Sequence record: SRR22947725_531
DNA: 37,132 nucleotides
Strand: one strand, 5' to 3'
Shown here: piece after piece, positions 1 through 8,395 of the stretch
Position numbering within the stretch: position 1 is the first letter of the stretch
Layout of the letters: each line of letters begins with the position of its first letter
Notes under the pieces: generated by a model
Database searches by the model: none
Seen by the model: only the letters and a program-made list of their open reading frames with translations
What the model was told of the DNA's origin: nothing
Translations under genes and position numbers: made by a program

Positions 1-61
1 CCCACACGCCCGAAGGCGGGGGATTTTGAATCCCCTGTGTCTGCCATTCCACCACTCTGGC
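1..61 (-). tRNA. tRNA-Leu(CAA), 3' end truncated by window edge
   Basis: Reverse complement reads GCCAGAG-TGGTGGAATGGCAGACAC-AGGGGA-TTCAAAA-TCCCC-CGCCTTCGGGCG-TGTGGG: D-loop GG, anticodon CAA (26-28), long class II variable arm; T-loop and acceptor 3' strand lie outside the window. Confidence 0.93.
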
Positions 62-72
62 AATGGTCGTGT

Positions 73-100
73 ACAATAGACCCAGTGCAGTCAGGGTCAA
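73..100 (-). promoter_or_regulatory. Putative sigma-70 promoter of tRNA-Leu
   Basis: Minus strand TTGACC-N16-TATTGT ending 11 bp before the tRNA 5' end. Confidence 0.55.
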
Positions 101-371
101 CTCAAATTTTACAGGTAATCTCTAGATTTCTCAGCCTCTTTTTCTAAGCTGTTTAACAGCAATAAGAAGTGGGGCTTTAAATCATATCCGGAATTACCTT
201 TAGGCTCTCTTTTATTTGCATCCGCAAATGGATACACCACAACAGGCGCACAAATCAACAAAGTCATAAACCTCTCATTTAGATTAAGTTAAATCTGAAG
301 TAGATATTTAAGAATCATTCTTTCTTTAGAAGTCATGAATTTAATAAATGTAAAAAATTAAGGAAAATTAT

Positions 372-461
372 ATGACGCCGATTCTTATTGCTTTTGTAGC
401 TGCTTCAATTTGGACTGTAACTATGGTCTTCTCAGTTATTACTCAAAAGATTGAAGAATAG
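372..461 (+). CDS. Small 29-aa hydrophobic (single-TM) protein MTPILIAFVAASIWTVTMVFSVITQKIEE
   Basis: ATG 372 preceded by AAGGAAA; about 22 hydrophobic residues then a charged tail; TAG 459-461; below the ORF-track length cutoff. Confidence 0.5.
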   Translation: MTPILIAFVAASIWTVTMVFSVITQKIEE

Positions 462-467
462 ACCACT

Positions 468-1745
468 CTACTCTTCAGAGGTCTCCGGCTTTTCTGGCCT
501 CTGATAATAACTCTGCAATTCTTTATCGAGCGCCATAATCTGGGAATCTAGCTGCTGATTGCCGGTGCTATAGCGCTCGACAATCAACTCCCATTTCTCT
601 TGTTTAAGTGCCATACACTTATCCAAGTGTTCATAAAGGTGATTCGACTTACCAAAAGGGCGACTTTCGACAAAATCCTGCCTTATTTGGCGCCAAGCTG
701 GTAGACTCTTGTTTGAGACATAATCAATCATTGTTTCTTTAGAGCCATCCTTTGCGCTAGTAATTACATCGATATTCGCCCATAACGACCGAAATTCTTT
801 ATCGGCCTCATTAAACTTTTCTTCTATAGCCAAAAAAGAAACGTTAAATTCTTTTTTAATCTGATGATAGGAGCTCATCAACAAAAGGCTTCCTAGAACG
901 GTAAACTGCAAGCCTTTCTTCAAGCGAAGCTTACTGACTGATTTTGCTAGTTTGTGACTCAAAAACAAAGCCGCCACGAAACCACCAGCTAGACCACCCA
1001 TATGCGCCGCCATATCGATATTTGGCACGGAAAAGCCAAAAGCTAAATTCAGGCCTAAAAAGAGGAAGACATTTTTTTTCATCTGCCCAAAAACACCCTG
1101 AGGGATATCTTTTTTACAGATGACCAAATAGCCGCAAAGAGCCCCAAAAACACCAAAAACTGCTCCTGACGCACCGGCACTCACCGAAATAGGATTCCAA
1201 ACATTACTGACTAAACTGCCTATTAAACCGGAGAATATGTACAGCAGCAAGAAATTAACATTACCAAAAATTTTCTCAACAAAATCACCCAAACTCCAAA
1301 GGACCATCATATTGAAAAATAAATGAATGACGCCGATATGAATAAACATACAGGTAAAGAGGCGCCAGGGCTCGCCAAACATAGAGGCACTTGAGTAATT
1401 CCCACCCCAGCTAATAACAGCATCCGTTGTGGGGCCCATTGGACTTACGCCATAACTGATCATCACCATAAACACCAGTACATTCAAACCAACCAACGCT
1501 TTGGTTACGTAAATGTCTTTAACCGAGTTTTTGAGGAGGTAGACAAACTGATTAATCTTGCGGTCTTCCCGTAACTGGCGCTCTATCTCTACATAGGGGT
1601 CTTCGAGCATCTCAACTTGAGAATCATTTACTTCATGAACTGGCTCATAAGCACACAATAAGCAAACTAGCTCACCTGTTTGCGGGCTCATTTGCATTTT
1701 GGCACCACATACATGGCAACGTACGACACTGTTATCGCTTGTCAT
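468..1745 (-). CDS. Rhomboid family intramembrane serine protease with N-terminal Zn-ribbon and C-terminal soluble domain
   Basis: WRLFTCMFIH, HLFFNM, GASGAVFG (catalytic Ser), AHMGG (catalytic His); N-terminal CHVC...CLLC. Confidence 0.93.
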   Translation of the reverse strand: MTSDNSVVRCHVCGAKMQMSPQTGELVCLLCAYEPVHEVNDSQVEMLEDPYVEIERQLREDRKINQFVYLLKNSVKDIYVTKALVGLNVLVFMVMISYGVSPMGPTTDAVISWGGNYSSASMFGEPWRLFTCMFIHIGVIHLFFNMMVLWSLGDFVEKIFGNVNFLLLYIFSGLIGSLVSNVWNPISVSAGASGAVFGVFGALCGYLVICKKDIPQGVFGQMKKNVFLFLGLNLAFGFSVPNIDMAAHMGGLAGGFVAALFLSHKLAKSVSKLRLKKGLQFTVLGSLLLMSSYHQIKKEFNVSFLAIEEKFNEADKEFRSLWANIDVITSAKDGSKETMIDYVSNKSLPAWRQIRQDFVESRPFGKSNHLYEHLDKCMALKQEKWELIVERYSTGNQQLDSQIMALDKELQSYYQRPEKPETSEE

Positions 1746-2395
1746 TCGCCCGCAGGGTTCTTTTGAAATTGGCCTAGGTAGGCAACAACATCTTGCATTT
1801 CCTTCATGGAGAGTGCCGTGATCGCAGCTCGCATTTTCTGGCCGTGACTATCGCGAGTATCAACGCCCCGCCAACCGGCTTTATAGGCCCGTAGCTGAGT
1901 CATAAGGTACCAATCTTCTGCCTTATAAAGTTCCGGGCTTCTTGTAAACATTTTGCCCATGGGGTGCTCATGGCAAGAATAACAGGCTTTTTTGTAAAGA
2001 GCCTCGCCTTTCTTGAGGTCGCCTTTGACAACAGCTTTTATTTCTGGCCGTGGCTGACGAGCAAACCACTCGGCGGCAAACTCAAGATCACCGTCACTGA
2101 TATCCTTCACCGCGGAATACATCAACAAGCCATTTTTGTCATCTTTATGAGTACCGCGGACACCGGCTTTAAAGGCTTCTACCTGTTCTTCAAGATAAAA
2201 TTCTTCGAGGCCCTGAAGTAGAGGGCCTCTTTGCATTTCTACAGTACTATGGCATGTCTGACAATGGCGAATTAAAGCGGCTTTATCTGCCGGCAGCTGT
2301 TCTACTGGAGTTGACGTTTTTGTTCCACAGGATGTCCACAGCAAGAGGCAGATGATTCCCGACAATAAATTTAAGTATAAGCGTGATTTTTTCAT
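1742..2395 (-). CDS. Di-haem cytochrome c (c4/c553-like), probable lipoprotein
   Basis: Two CxxCH motifs (CQTCH, CYSCH), each followed by YL..Q...(F/Y)K.G.R and a distal Met; ATG 2395 gives MKKSR signal with lipobox-like LWTSC. Confidence 0.9.
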   Translation of the reverse strand: MKKSRLYLNLLSGIICLLLWTSCGTKTSTPVEQLPADKAALIRHCQTCHSTVEMQRGPLLQGLEEFYLEEQVEAFKAGVRGTHKDDKNGLLMYSAVKDISDGDLEFAAEWFARQPRPEIKAVVKGDLKKGEALYKKACYSCHEHPMGKMFTRSPELYKAEDWYLMTQLRAYKAGWRGVDTRDSHGQKMRAAITALSMKEMQDVVAYLGQFQKNPAGE

Positions 2396-2459
2396 ATTTT
2401 CAAGATTGGGCCTTTTCGGCAAACTGTCCAATGCCTTGATCAAAGAATTGGCTCCATAA

Positions 2460-2489
2460 TTGACTATTTCACCGGTTTATCTGTACTTT
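2460..2489 (+). promoter_or_regulatory. Putative sigma-70 promoter of alaA
   Basis: TTGACT-N18-TACTTT about 45 bp upstream of ATG 2534. Confidence 0.35.
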
Positions 2490-2533
2490 TTTACAGCTTG
2501 AGCTAAGTTTCGAAAAATTTTAAGGTCAGACAA

Positions 2534-3748
2534 ATGCAATATAACAAAGCTTCACACCTCGAAAATGTCCGTTATGAGATTCGTGGAAAAGTTGCTGCCA
2601 AAGCTTCGCAATTGAAGCTCATGGGCATCAATATCCTCGAACTTAACATTGGCAATCCTGGAGCCTTTGGTTTTCAGGTTCCCGACACCATGAACATGGC
2701 GATTATTCGGAATCTTGACAAAGCCGCTGCCTACTCTGACTCAAAAGGTATTTTCTCTGCCCGTGAAGCTATTGTTATCGATACTCAGAATCAAGGCATT
2801 CAAGATGTTGATATAGATCGCGTTTTCATTGGCAATGGCGTCAGTGAGCTCATCATGATGACCATGGAAGGCTTACTTAATCCTGACGATGAAATGCTCA
2901 TTCCTTCTCCTGATTACCCTCTTTGGACTGCTGCTGTAACTATTGCCAACGGTAAAGCTGTTCACTACAACTGCGATGCCGACAAAGACTGGCAGCCTGA
3001 CCTCGAACACTTGGAAGCTCAAATTTCCGACAAAACTCGCGGTATTGTTGTTATCAATCCCAATAATCCAACAGGTGCAGTCTACTCTCAAGAAACTCTT
3101 GAAAAGATCATCGCTATCGCTAACAAGCATAATCTGATTATCTTCAGTGACGAAATCTACAGCAAGGTTCTGTTTGACGAAGTTAAGCATATTCCTATGG
3201 CGACTCTCACTAAAGATGTTCTTGTCGTTACCTTTAATGGGCTTTCAAAGAATTACCGCGCTTGTGGTTTCAGAGCGGGCTGGCTTTATGTGACTGGGCC
3301 TGTTGATAAAGCTGCGGGTTATCTCGATGGCCTGAATCAGTTAGTCAGCATGCGCCTCTGCTCCAATGTCCCTGGACAATGGGCGATTCAAACTGCCCTC
3401 GGCGGTTACCAGAGTATCTTTGATTTGTGTTCAAGCGATGGCCGTCTCAAGAAGCAGCGCGATTTAACTCTTCAAAGATTAAACGCTATAGAAGGTATTT
3501 CTTGTGTTGTACCTCTAGCCTCTTTATATGCTTTTGCTGAAATCGACCTAGATATGTACGACTTTAAAAATGACGAAGACTTTGTGTTACAATTCCTCGA
3601 AGAAAAGCACGTCTTACTCGTTCAAGGCTCTGGTTTCAATTATGAACGGAGTGCCGCCTTCAGAGTGGTATTTCTTCCCCATATAGATACGCTTAACAAT
3701 GCCTTTGATCGCTTAGAAGAATTCCTCCAAAAGAACAAGCGTTCATAA
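2534..3748 (+). CDS. alaA: PLP-dependent class I/II aminotransferase, alanine (glutamate-pyruvate) transaminase
   Basis: N-terminal YEIRG, LNIGNP, GNGVSELI, PDYPLWTAAV, INPNNPTGAVY, DEIY, GLSKNYR.CGFRAGW (PLP Lys), SMRLCSNVP, typical of AlaA/YfbQ. Confidence 0.9.
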   Translation: MQYNKASHLENVRYEIRGKVAAKASQLKLMGINILELNIGNPGAFGFQVPDTMNMAIIRNLDKAAAYSDSKGIFSAREAIVIDTQNQGIQDVDIDRVFIGNGVSELIMMTMEGLLNPDDEMLIPSPDYPLWTAAVTIANGKAVHYNCDADKDWQPDLEHLEAQISDKTRGIVVINPNNPTGAVYSQETLEKIIAIANKHNLIIFSDEIYSKVLFDEVKHIPMATLTKDVLVVTFNGLSKNYRACGFRAGWLYVTGPVDKAAGYLDGLNQLVSMRLCSNVPGQWAIQTALGGYQSIFDLCSSDGRLKKQRDLTLQRLNAIEGISCVVPLASLYAFAEIDLDMYDFKNDEDFVLQFLEEKHVLLVQGSGFNYERSAAFRVVFLPHIDTLNNAFDRLEEFLQKNKRS

Positions 3749-3839
3749 AAATATCAAAAAAAATCATCTCCGTGACATCATATGCGCAAACGGCAGAATT
3801 AACCCGTTAAGCACATAACCTAAAAATAATGGAGATACC

Positions 3840-4025
3840 ATGAATAAAGTCACTAAACTAGCACTTGCCGGCGTTGTCGGAGGTGCCCTCATCTTTGGAA
3901 CTACAGGTTGCAGTTCTTCTTGCGAAACTACTTGTAGTGAAAAGGCCAGCTGCAAAGCCAATGGCGAATGTAAAGGAGCTGAAAAGTGCAAAGCCAATGG
4001 CAAGTGCAAAAGTGAAGCTAAATAA
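3840..4025 (+). CDS. Cys/Lys-rich RiPP precursor peptide for the adjacent MNIO, with signal peptide and lipobox
   Basis: GGAG RBS; MNKVTK, hydrophobic stretch, TTGC24; mature part has 6 more Cys, C32-C56 spaced every 6 residues; directly upstream of DUF692. Confidence 0.85.
   Translation: MNKVTKLALAGVVGGALIFGTTGCSSSCETTCSEKASCKANGECKGAEKCKANGKCKSEAK
3951..4001 (+). repeat. Internal duplication in precursor: TGCAAAGCCAATGGC x2 (CKANG), 36-bp period
   Basis: Identical 15-mers at 3951-3965 and 3987-4001. Confidence 0.85.
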
Positions 4026-4038
4026 TTAAGGGCCTTTA

Positions 4039-4061
4039 TCCAGGAACCAATGGTTCCTGGA
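4039..4061 (+). promoter_or_regulatory. Intergenic hairpin between precursor and MNIO genes
   Basis: Perfect inverted repeat TCCAGGAACCA-A-TGGTTCCTGGA, no strong U-tract. Confidence 0.7.
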
Positions 4062-4069
4062 ATCAATTT

Positions 4070-4894
4070 ATGGATAACTACCCAAACTTAGGAATTGGCA
4101 TTGGCTTAAGGGTTGATCACTATTCAGAAATTTTTGAAAAATGGCCTAAACTAGGCTTCTTTGAGATCATTTCAGAAAACTTTATGGTCGATGCCGGTCT
4201 CCCTCTAAAAAACCTCGAAAGAATCCTTGAGAGGTACCCGGTAGTTCAACATGGTGTTTCTCTGTCAATTGCCTCGGCCGAAGAACTTGACTTTGATTAC
4301 CTCAAAAAGCTCAAAAAACTCTGTAAGTTCACCCAAACTCCTTGGGTTTCTGATCACTTATGCTGGACCCAAGCCCACAGCCACAACTACCATGATTTAC
4401 TGCCTTTGCCCTACACTGAGGAATATGCCAACTTTATAGCCAATAAAGCGAGAATTGTCCAGGATTATCTCGAACTCCCTTTTGCTTTAGAAAACCTTTC
4501 CAGCTATGTCAGCTTTGAAGAATCAACGATGAGTGAGTGGCAGTTCTATAGTGAAATTGTAAAGCGCTCTAAAACTCATATGATGCTGGACATCAACAAT
4601 GTCTTTGTTTCGTCAGTAAATCACCATTTCGAACCTATGACTTACCTCGAGAATTTACCTCATGAGCGGATTTTACAAGTTCACTTAGCAGGTCACAGCC
4701 GACTCGACAATGGTCTTATTCTCGATACCCATGACAATTACGTCTGTGATGAAGTCTGGCAGTTATACCAATACATTTACCAGGCCACCGGTGGTGTCAG
4801 TACCCTTCTTGAATGGGATGATAATTTCATACCTCTAGAGGAAACTATTGCTGAAGCGAATAAGGCAAAATTGTTTCAGGAGAAAATACTCTGA
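4070..4894 (+). CDS. Multinuclear non-haem iron-dependent oxidative enzyme (MNIO, DUF692; BufB/HvfB/MbnB-like)
   Basis: GIGLR..H, EIISENF, HGVSLSI, SDHLC, LLPLP, ENLSSY, LDINN, HLAGH, DTHD, LLEWD metal-ligand motifs. Confidence 0.95.
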   Translation: MDNYPNLGIGIGLRVDHYSEIFEKWPKLGFFEIISENFMVDAGLPLKNLERILERYPVVQHGVSLSIASAEELDFDYLKKLKKLCKFTQTPWVSDHLCWTQAHSHNYHDLLPLPYTEEYANFIANKARIVQDYLELPFALENLSSYVSFEESTMSEWQFYSEIVKRSKTHMMLDINNVFVSSVNHHFEPMTYLENLPHERILQVHLAGHSRLDNGLILDTHDNYVCDEVWQLYQYIYQATGGVSTLLEWDDNFIPLEETIAEANKAKLFQEKIL

Positions 4895-5745
4895 TGACAA
4901 CCCCAGCCTCTCTTAAGGAGTTACAACAACGTATGGGCCATGCTGTTTGCACGCCCTTTTCATGGGATAGCAAAAATCCTGAAGAGTTTAATCTTCAAGA
5001 AGAAAACTATTCGCCCCAATTATTAGAGGCCATTTCTGAAAATGGGAAGATCACAGCAGTCCAAAGATTAGCCACTTACAATCGCGGCTACTGGTTCCGG
5101 CTTTTCACCGTTCTTCAGGGCGAGTTCCCCACCTTAATAAAGCTCATTAACTACAACGAGTTTAACCGACTTGCTCAAGAGTACCTCCAGGCATTTCCTT
5201 CTCAGTCACAGGTCCTTAATTACCTAGCGGATTATTTCTTAGAATTCATGAGCTTGGATCACCGGTGGAATAAAGCCGACTTAAGAAAAGCAGCTGAACT
5301 TGATTACTATTACATAAAAGCTTTCGATGCCGCCCAAGCTGAACCTCTTGACCCCACAAAGCTTTCTCAAAGCGAGCTTGAAACTCTTGACCAAAAGATC
5401 TTTTATCTTCAAAAGCACGCCTTTCTTTATCGCGAAGACAAAGCTTTCATGGAATTGCGCAAGACCGCCATAAAGGATGAAGACCTCCCGGTAAAATTAC
5501 CCAAGAAACAAACCAAATCATTTCTTGTATTTCGAAATCTAGTTTCGACTCTGGAGAGTGTTGAAATCACTGAGCTTCAGTACTCTATACTCAAAGCCAT
5601 CGAGAAAGGGCATACATTCTCCAAGGCAATTGAAAATACTTTTGATAATCTACCTGAAGAGCAAAGCATAGAAACTGCGCCACAGATAGGGCAATGGTTT
5701 AAACAATGGGTCTCATGGGGAATTTTCACCCTCAATCCCATATGA
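4894..5745 (+). CDS. DUF2063-family MNIO partner protein (BufC/HvfC-like)
   Basis: RLATYNRGYWFRL..L..EFP, F..LA..YL..FPS motif; translationally coupled to DUF692. Confidence 0.88.
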   Translation: MTTPASLKELQQRMGHAVCTPFSWDSKNPEEFNLQEENYSPQLLEAISENGKITAVQRLATYNRGYWFRLFTVLQGEFPTLIKLINYNEFNRLAQEYLQAFPSQSQVLNYLADYFLEFMSLDHRWNKADLRKAAELDYYYIKAFDAAQAEPLDPTKLSQSELETLDQKIFYLQKHAFLYREDKAFMELRKTAIKDEDLPVKLPKKQTKSFLVFRNLVSTLESVEITELQYSILKAIEKGHTFSKAIENTFDNLPEEQSIETAPQIGQWFKQWVSWGIFTLNPI

Positions 5746-5752
5746 AAATTGA

Positions 5753-6109
5753 TCATTCCCACATATTAACTAGATCGTCTTCTGCTTTAACCGCCAAATC
5801 TACACTACCATAAATTTCAACAACTTTCTCTAGGTAAACGAGCTCAAAAAGAGCAAGCACTAAGGGTTTTGTCGCAACAACTTTCAGTACATTGCCCATC
5901 TCTTTAACCTTTCTATAGCAGTTTAGAATCATTCCCAAACCGGAACTGTCCATGTACTCTACATGTGATAGGTCAATGATTATTAAAGGACTCTTTGTCA
6001 GAGACTTTAATAAATACTTCGAGATCTCATCGACGTTACTGACATCCAAGCGCTCTTCATTTAAATGAAAAACTGCTACTGTGTTTTGTTTTAAAGATTC
6101 AACAATCAT
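5753..6109 (-). CDS. STAS-domain anti-sigma-factor antagonist (RsbV/SpoIIAA/HsbA/SypA-like)
   Basis: RLD, IIDLSHVEYMDSSGLG with the phosphorylatable Ser, 118 aa. Confidence 0.93.
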   Translation of the reverse strand: MIVESLKQNTVAVFHLNEERLDVSNVDEISKYLLKSLTKSPLIIIDLSHVEYMDSSGLGMILNCYRKVKEMGNVLKVVATKPLVLALFELVYLEKVVEIYGSVDLAVKAEDDLVNMWE

Positions 6110-6110
6110 C

Positions 6111-7655
6111 TTATTCCTCCTTTTTAGCTGTTAAACATATGCAATTGAGCCCATTCTCTAGAACCGAGTAATCGACATTCTGACAAATTTTCTCCAATAA
6201 ATACAGGCCAAAGCCATTCACTTGTTGGCTGCAATCTGGGAGCTTTATTTCATGGGGCTGAAACTGAGGGCCGCTGTATACAAAAGAGACCTGGTGGCAA
6301 GAATCTATTGTTTTACAGACTCTAACCTCAATCGTAGGGTCTTCGTTTCCTGTATACTTGAGGATATTTGTAAAGGCTTCAATAGCTGCAACCTTAAATA
6401 GATCTCCCTCTTTGATGAGGTTCTTATTTAAGAACTTATTTAAGCGAAAGACTTCATCCATATCTCGCCGCAGCTTTATTGAAGCCTCCCCTCTTTCGGT
6501 ATGTGCCCATTTGAGAATTATAGAGATCAGGGTCATATCATCCTGACTATGACATTTACTTTGGGCCTGCTGCAGAATGTTATCGACGACACTCTGAGAA
6601 CTCTCTTCATCGCAACTGAGGCATGACATAACTAAGCTGCTTGTATCTGTCGAATTGGAATCATTTAGAGCATCGGTGATTCCATCTGAAAAGATGACGA
6701 TCTTGTCACCGCGATTAGCATGAAAACTTTTCTCCTCATACTCAACATCTTTGATCACCCCAAGAGGTACATCACTACTCTTTAACTGCAGAACAGTGGC
6801 GCCCTGATCTTTTAATAAAATAGCTCCGGGATGACCGCAGTTTACATAACTGACTTCGCCTTCCTTTATATTAAGACGCAAATAAAAAAGAGTAATAAAC
6901 GCTTTAGTCTGCTGTAGTTTATCTGCAAGTTCTCTGCCCACACTTGAGGTTATCTCACTTATAGTCGGTAAAGATTGCCCCTCTTTTTCCTTTAAAAGGA
7001 TATTTATTTGTTGATGAATTACATTTTTAGCCGCGGCACCGATTAAAGCGGCACTCAGACCTTTCCCCATCACATCAGCCAATATAACATCGTAGCATTC
7101 ATTCTTGTGAGGAATGACCTCATAAAAGTCACCGCTTACTTTTCTTTGGGCACTAGCATGAACTGCGAAATCTACAGAAGGACCAAACGGGTTATGACTA
7201 AAAACTAGCTGTTTCTGAAGGATTTCCGCAACATCATTCTCTTTAGTATGATTAACAAGAGCAGTCAACTCTGCTACTTTTGAATGATGCTCCCGCAAGC
7301 CTTCCTGTAATGCTTCTTGTACATCTACATTTTTACAAGGTTTAACTAAATACTTAAAAATCACACCTGAATTTAAAGCATCAACTGCAGTCCCGTATTC
7401 GCCCTGGCCTGTAAGTAGTATTGTTGAAGTTGTTGGTGACAGCTTTTGAACTTCTTGAAGGAATTCTATGCCATCCATCCCTGGCATACTCAAATCGCTT
7501 AAAATTACTGGATACTCACCCTTCTCAATGATCATTTCCAAAGCTTTAATCGGACTGGAACAGACTTCAACTTCAAAATTTGTTCGAAGCCTTAAGCTTA
7601 AAGCATTTAAAACTTCTGGTTCATCATCAACTAATAATATTCTATCTAGAGTCAT
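6111..7655 (-). CDS. Hybrid response regulator: REC + SpoIIE/PP2C phosphatase + RsbW-like HATPase domain
   Basis: LLVDDE, SDLSMPG, K-P (REC); VSGDFY, DVMGKG, NCGHP, FSDGI, DDMT (PP2C); EAFTNI, GFGLYLL (HATPase). Confidence 0.9.
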   Translation of the reverse strand: MTLDRILLVDDEPEVLNALSLRLRTNFEVEVCSSPIKALEMIIEKGEYPVILSDLSMPGMDGIEFLQEVQKLSPTTSTILLTGQGEYGTAVDALNSGVIFKYLVKPCKNVDVQEALQEGLREHHSKVAELTALVNHTKENDVAEILQKQLVFSHNPFGPSVDFAVHASAQRKVSGDFYEVIPHKNECYDVILADVMGKGLSAALIGAAAKNVIHQQINILLKEKEGQSLPTISEITSSVGRELADKLQQTKAFITLFYLRLNIKEGEVSYVNCGHPGAILLKDQGATVLQLKSSDVPLGVIKDVEYEEKSFHANRGDKIVIFSDGITDALNDSNSTDTSSLVMSCLSCDEESSQSVVDNILQQAQSKCHSQDDMTLISIILKWAHTERGEASIKLRRDMDEVFRLNKFLNKNLIKEGDLFKVAAIEAFTNILKYTGNEDPTIEVRVCKTIDSCHQVSFVYSGPQFQPHEIKLPDCSQQVNGFGLYLLEKICQNVDYSVLENGLNCICLTAKKEE

Positions 7656-8338
7656 TTGTACTGCCCACTTTTAATTGACAGGACAAGAAGCAGCACGCAA
7701 CCCAAACGCACAAAAAAAAAGATATAAAGTGTTATTGGTGAATAACTTGAAAATTTACAATAAAAATTATCTGTAATAAAATTTACAATATCCATACAAA
7801 AGAATATGCTAATCCACACAAAAAATAGCTCATAATTACATCACTCAAAAAAAGCAAACAAGTAAATCATAAATACCTAATGATAAAGTATTTACATCTA
7901 TTAAAATTAGCACCCCCAGTATTGCTTACTTATAGGCTACTTTGAGAAATCTTGAATATCACTCTCTTATAGACTTTGAATCAGAGTAGAAAAGGAAATG
8001 TTCGATATTAGCCTCAACAATCCAACTGATTTCTCGGCTCCCCTTTAGATTATAACTAGCTATAGCATTGTCTTAATTTTGCCTTTTAAAAGTAGTCGAC
8101 ACCAAATCAAGACATCCATCTACATTATACCAATCCATAAAATCAAGACCTATCTTGCTACTAGTATTTATTGAATGATTAACTTAATTTTAAGGAATTT
8201 AGATAATGAAAAAACCATCAATAAATCTGGGCTCATGAAAGTAGATATTAAAAAAAGTTTAAATGACGCACAGAAGCTAATTAGGATTTTAATATAAGCC
8301 TTGCCTTTAGGTGAATTTAAGACTCTTTTAATATAAAC

Positions 8339-8372
8339 AAAAAAAAAGCCCGGGGAACACAAACCGGGCTTT
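8339..8372 (-). terminator. Rho-independent terminator of the sugar transferase gene
   Basis: Minus strand AAAGCCCGG-loop-CCGGGC followed by T9. Confidence 0.85.
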
Positions 8373-8395
8373 CTCTCTTCTGCTGCTACGCTAAA

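Noticed and set aside
1-61. tRNA-Leu as the integration site of the EPS island
   Set aside because: Its 3' end points out of the window, away from the island; no integrase or att duplicate seen
2534-3748. Aminotransferase as a tailoring enzyme of the MNIO cluster (like MbnN)
   Set aside because: Sequence is a typical housekeeping AlaA; adjacency is more simply incidental, though co-transcription is not excluded
3772-3800. GTGACA-N17-AGAA upstream of the precursor as an ECF (SigF-type) promoter
   Set aside because: Only a loose match to GTAACC-N16-CGAA, and no ECF sigma gene nearby
3764-4066. 100-aa minus-strand ORF with LHLPLALH-type repeats
   Set aside because: Antisense mirror of the RiPP precursor, which has the RBS, signal peptide and operon context
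8168-8362. 64-aa minus-strand ORF
   Set aside because: Starts inside the terminator hairpin; low-complexity AT-rich translation with no RBS
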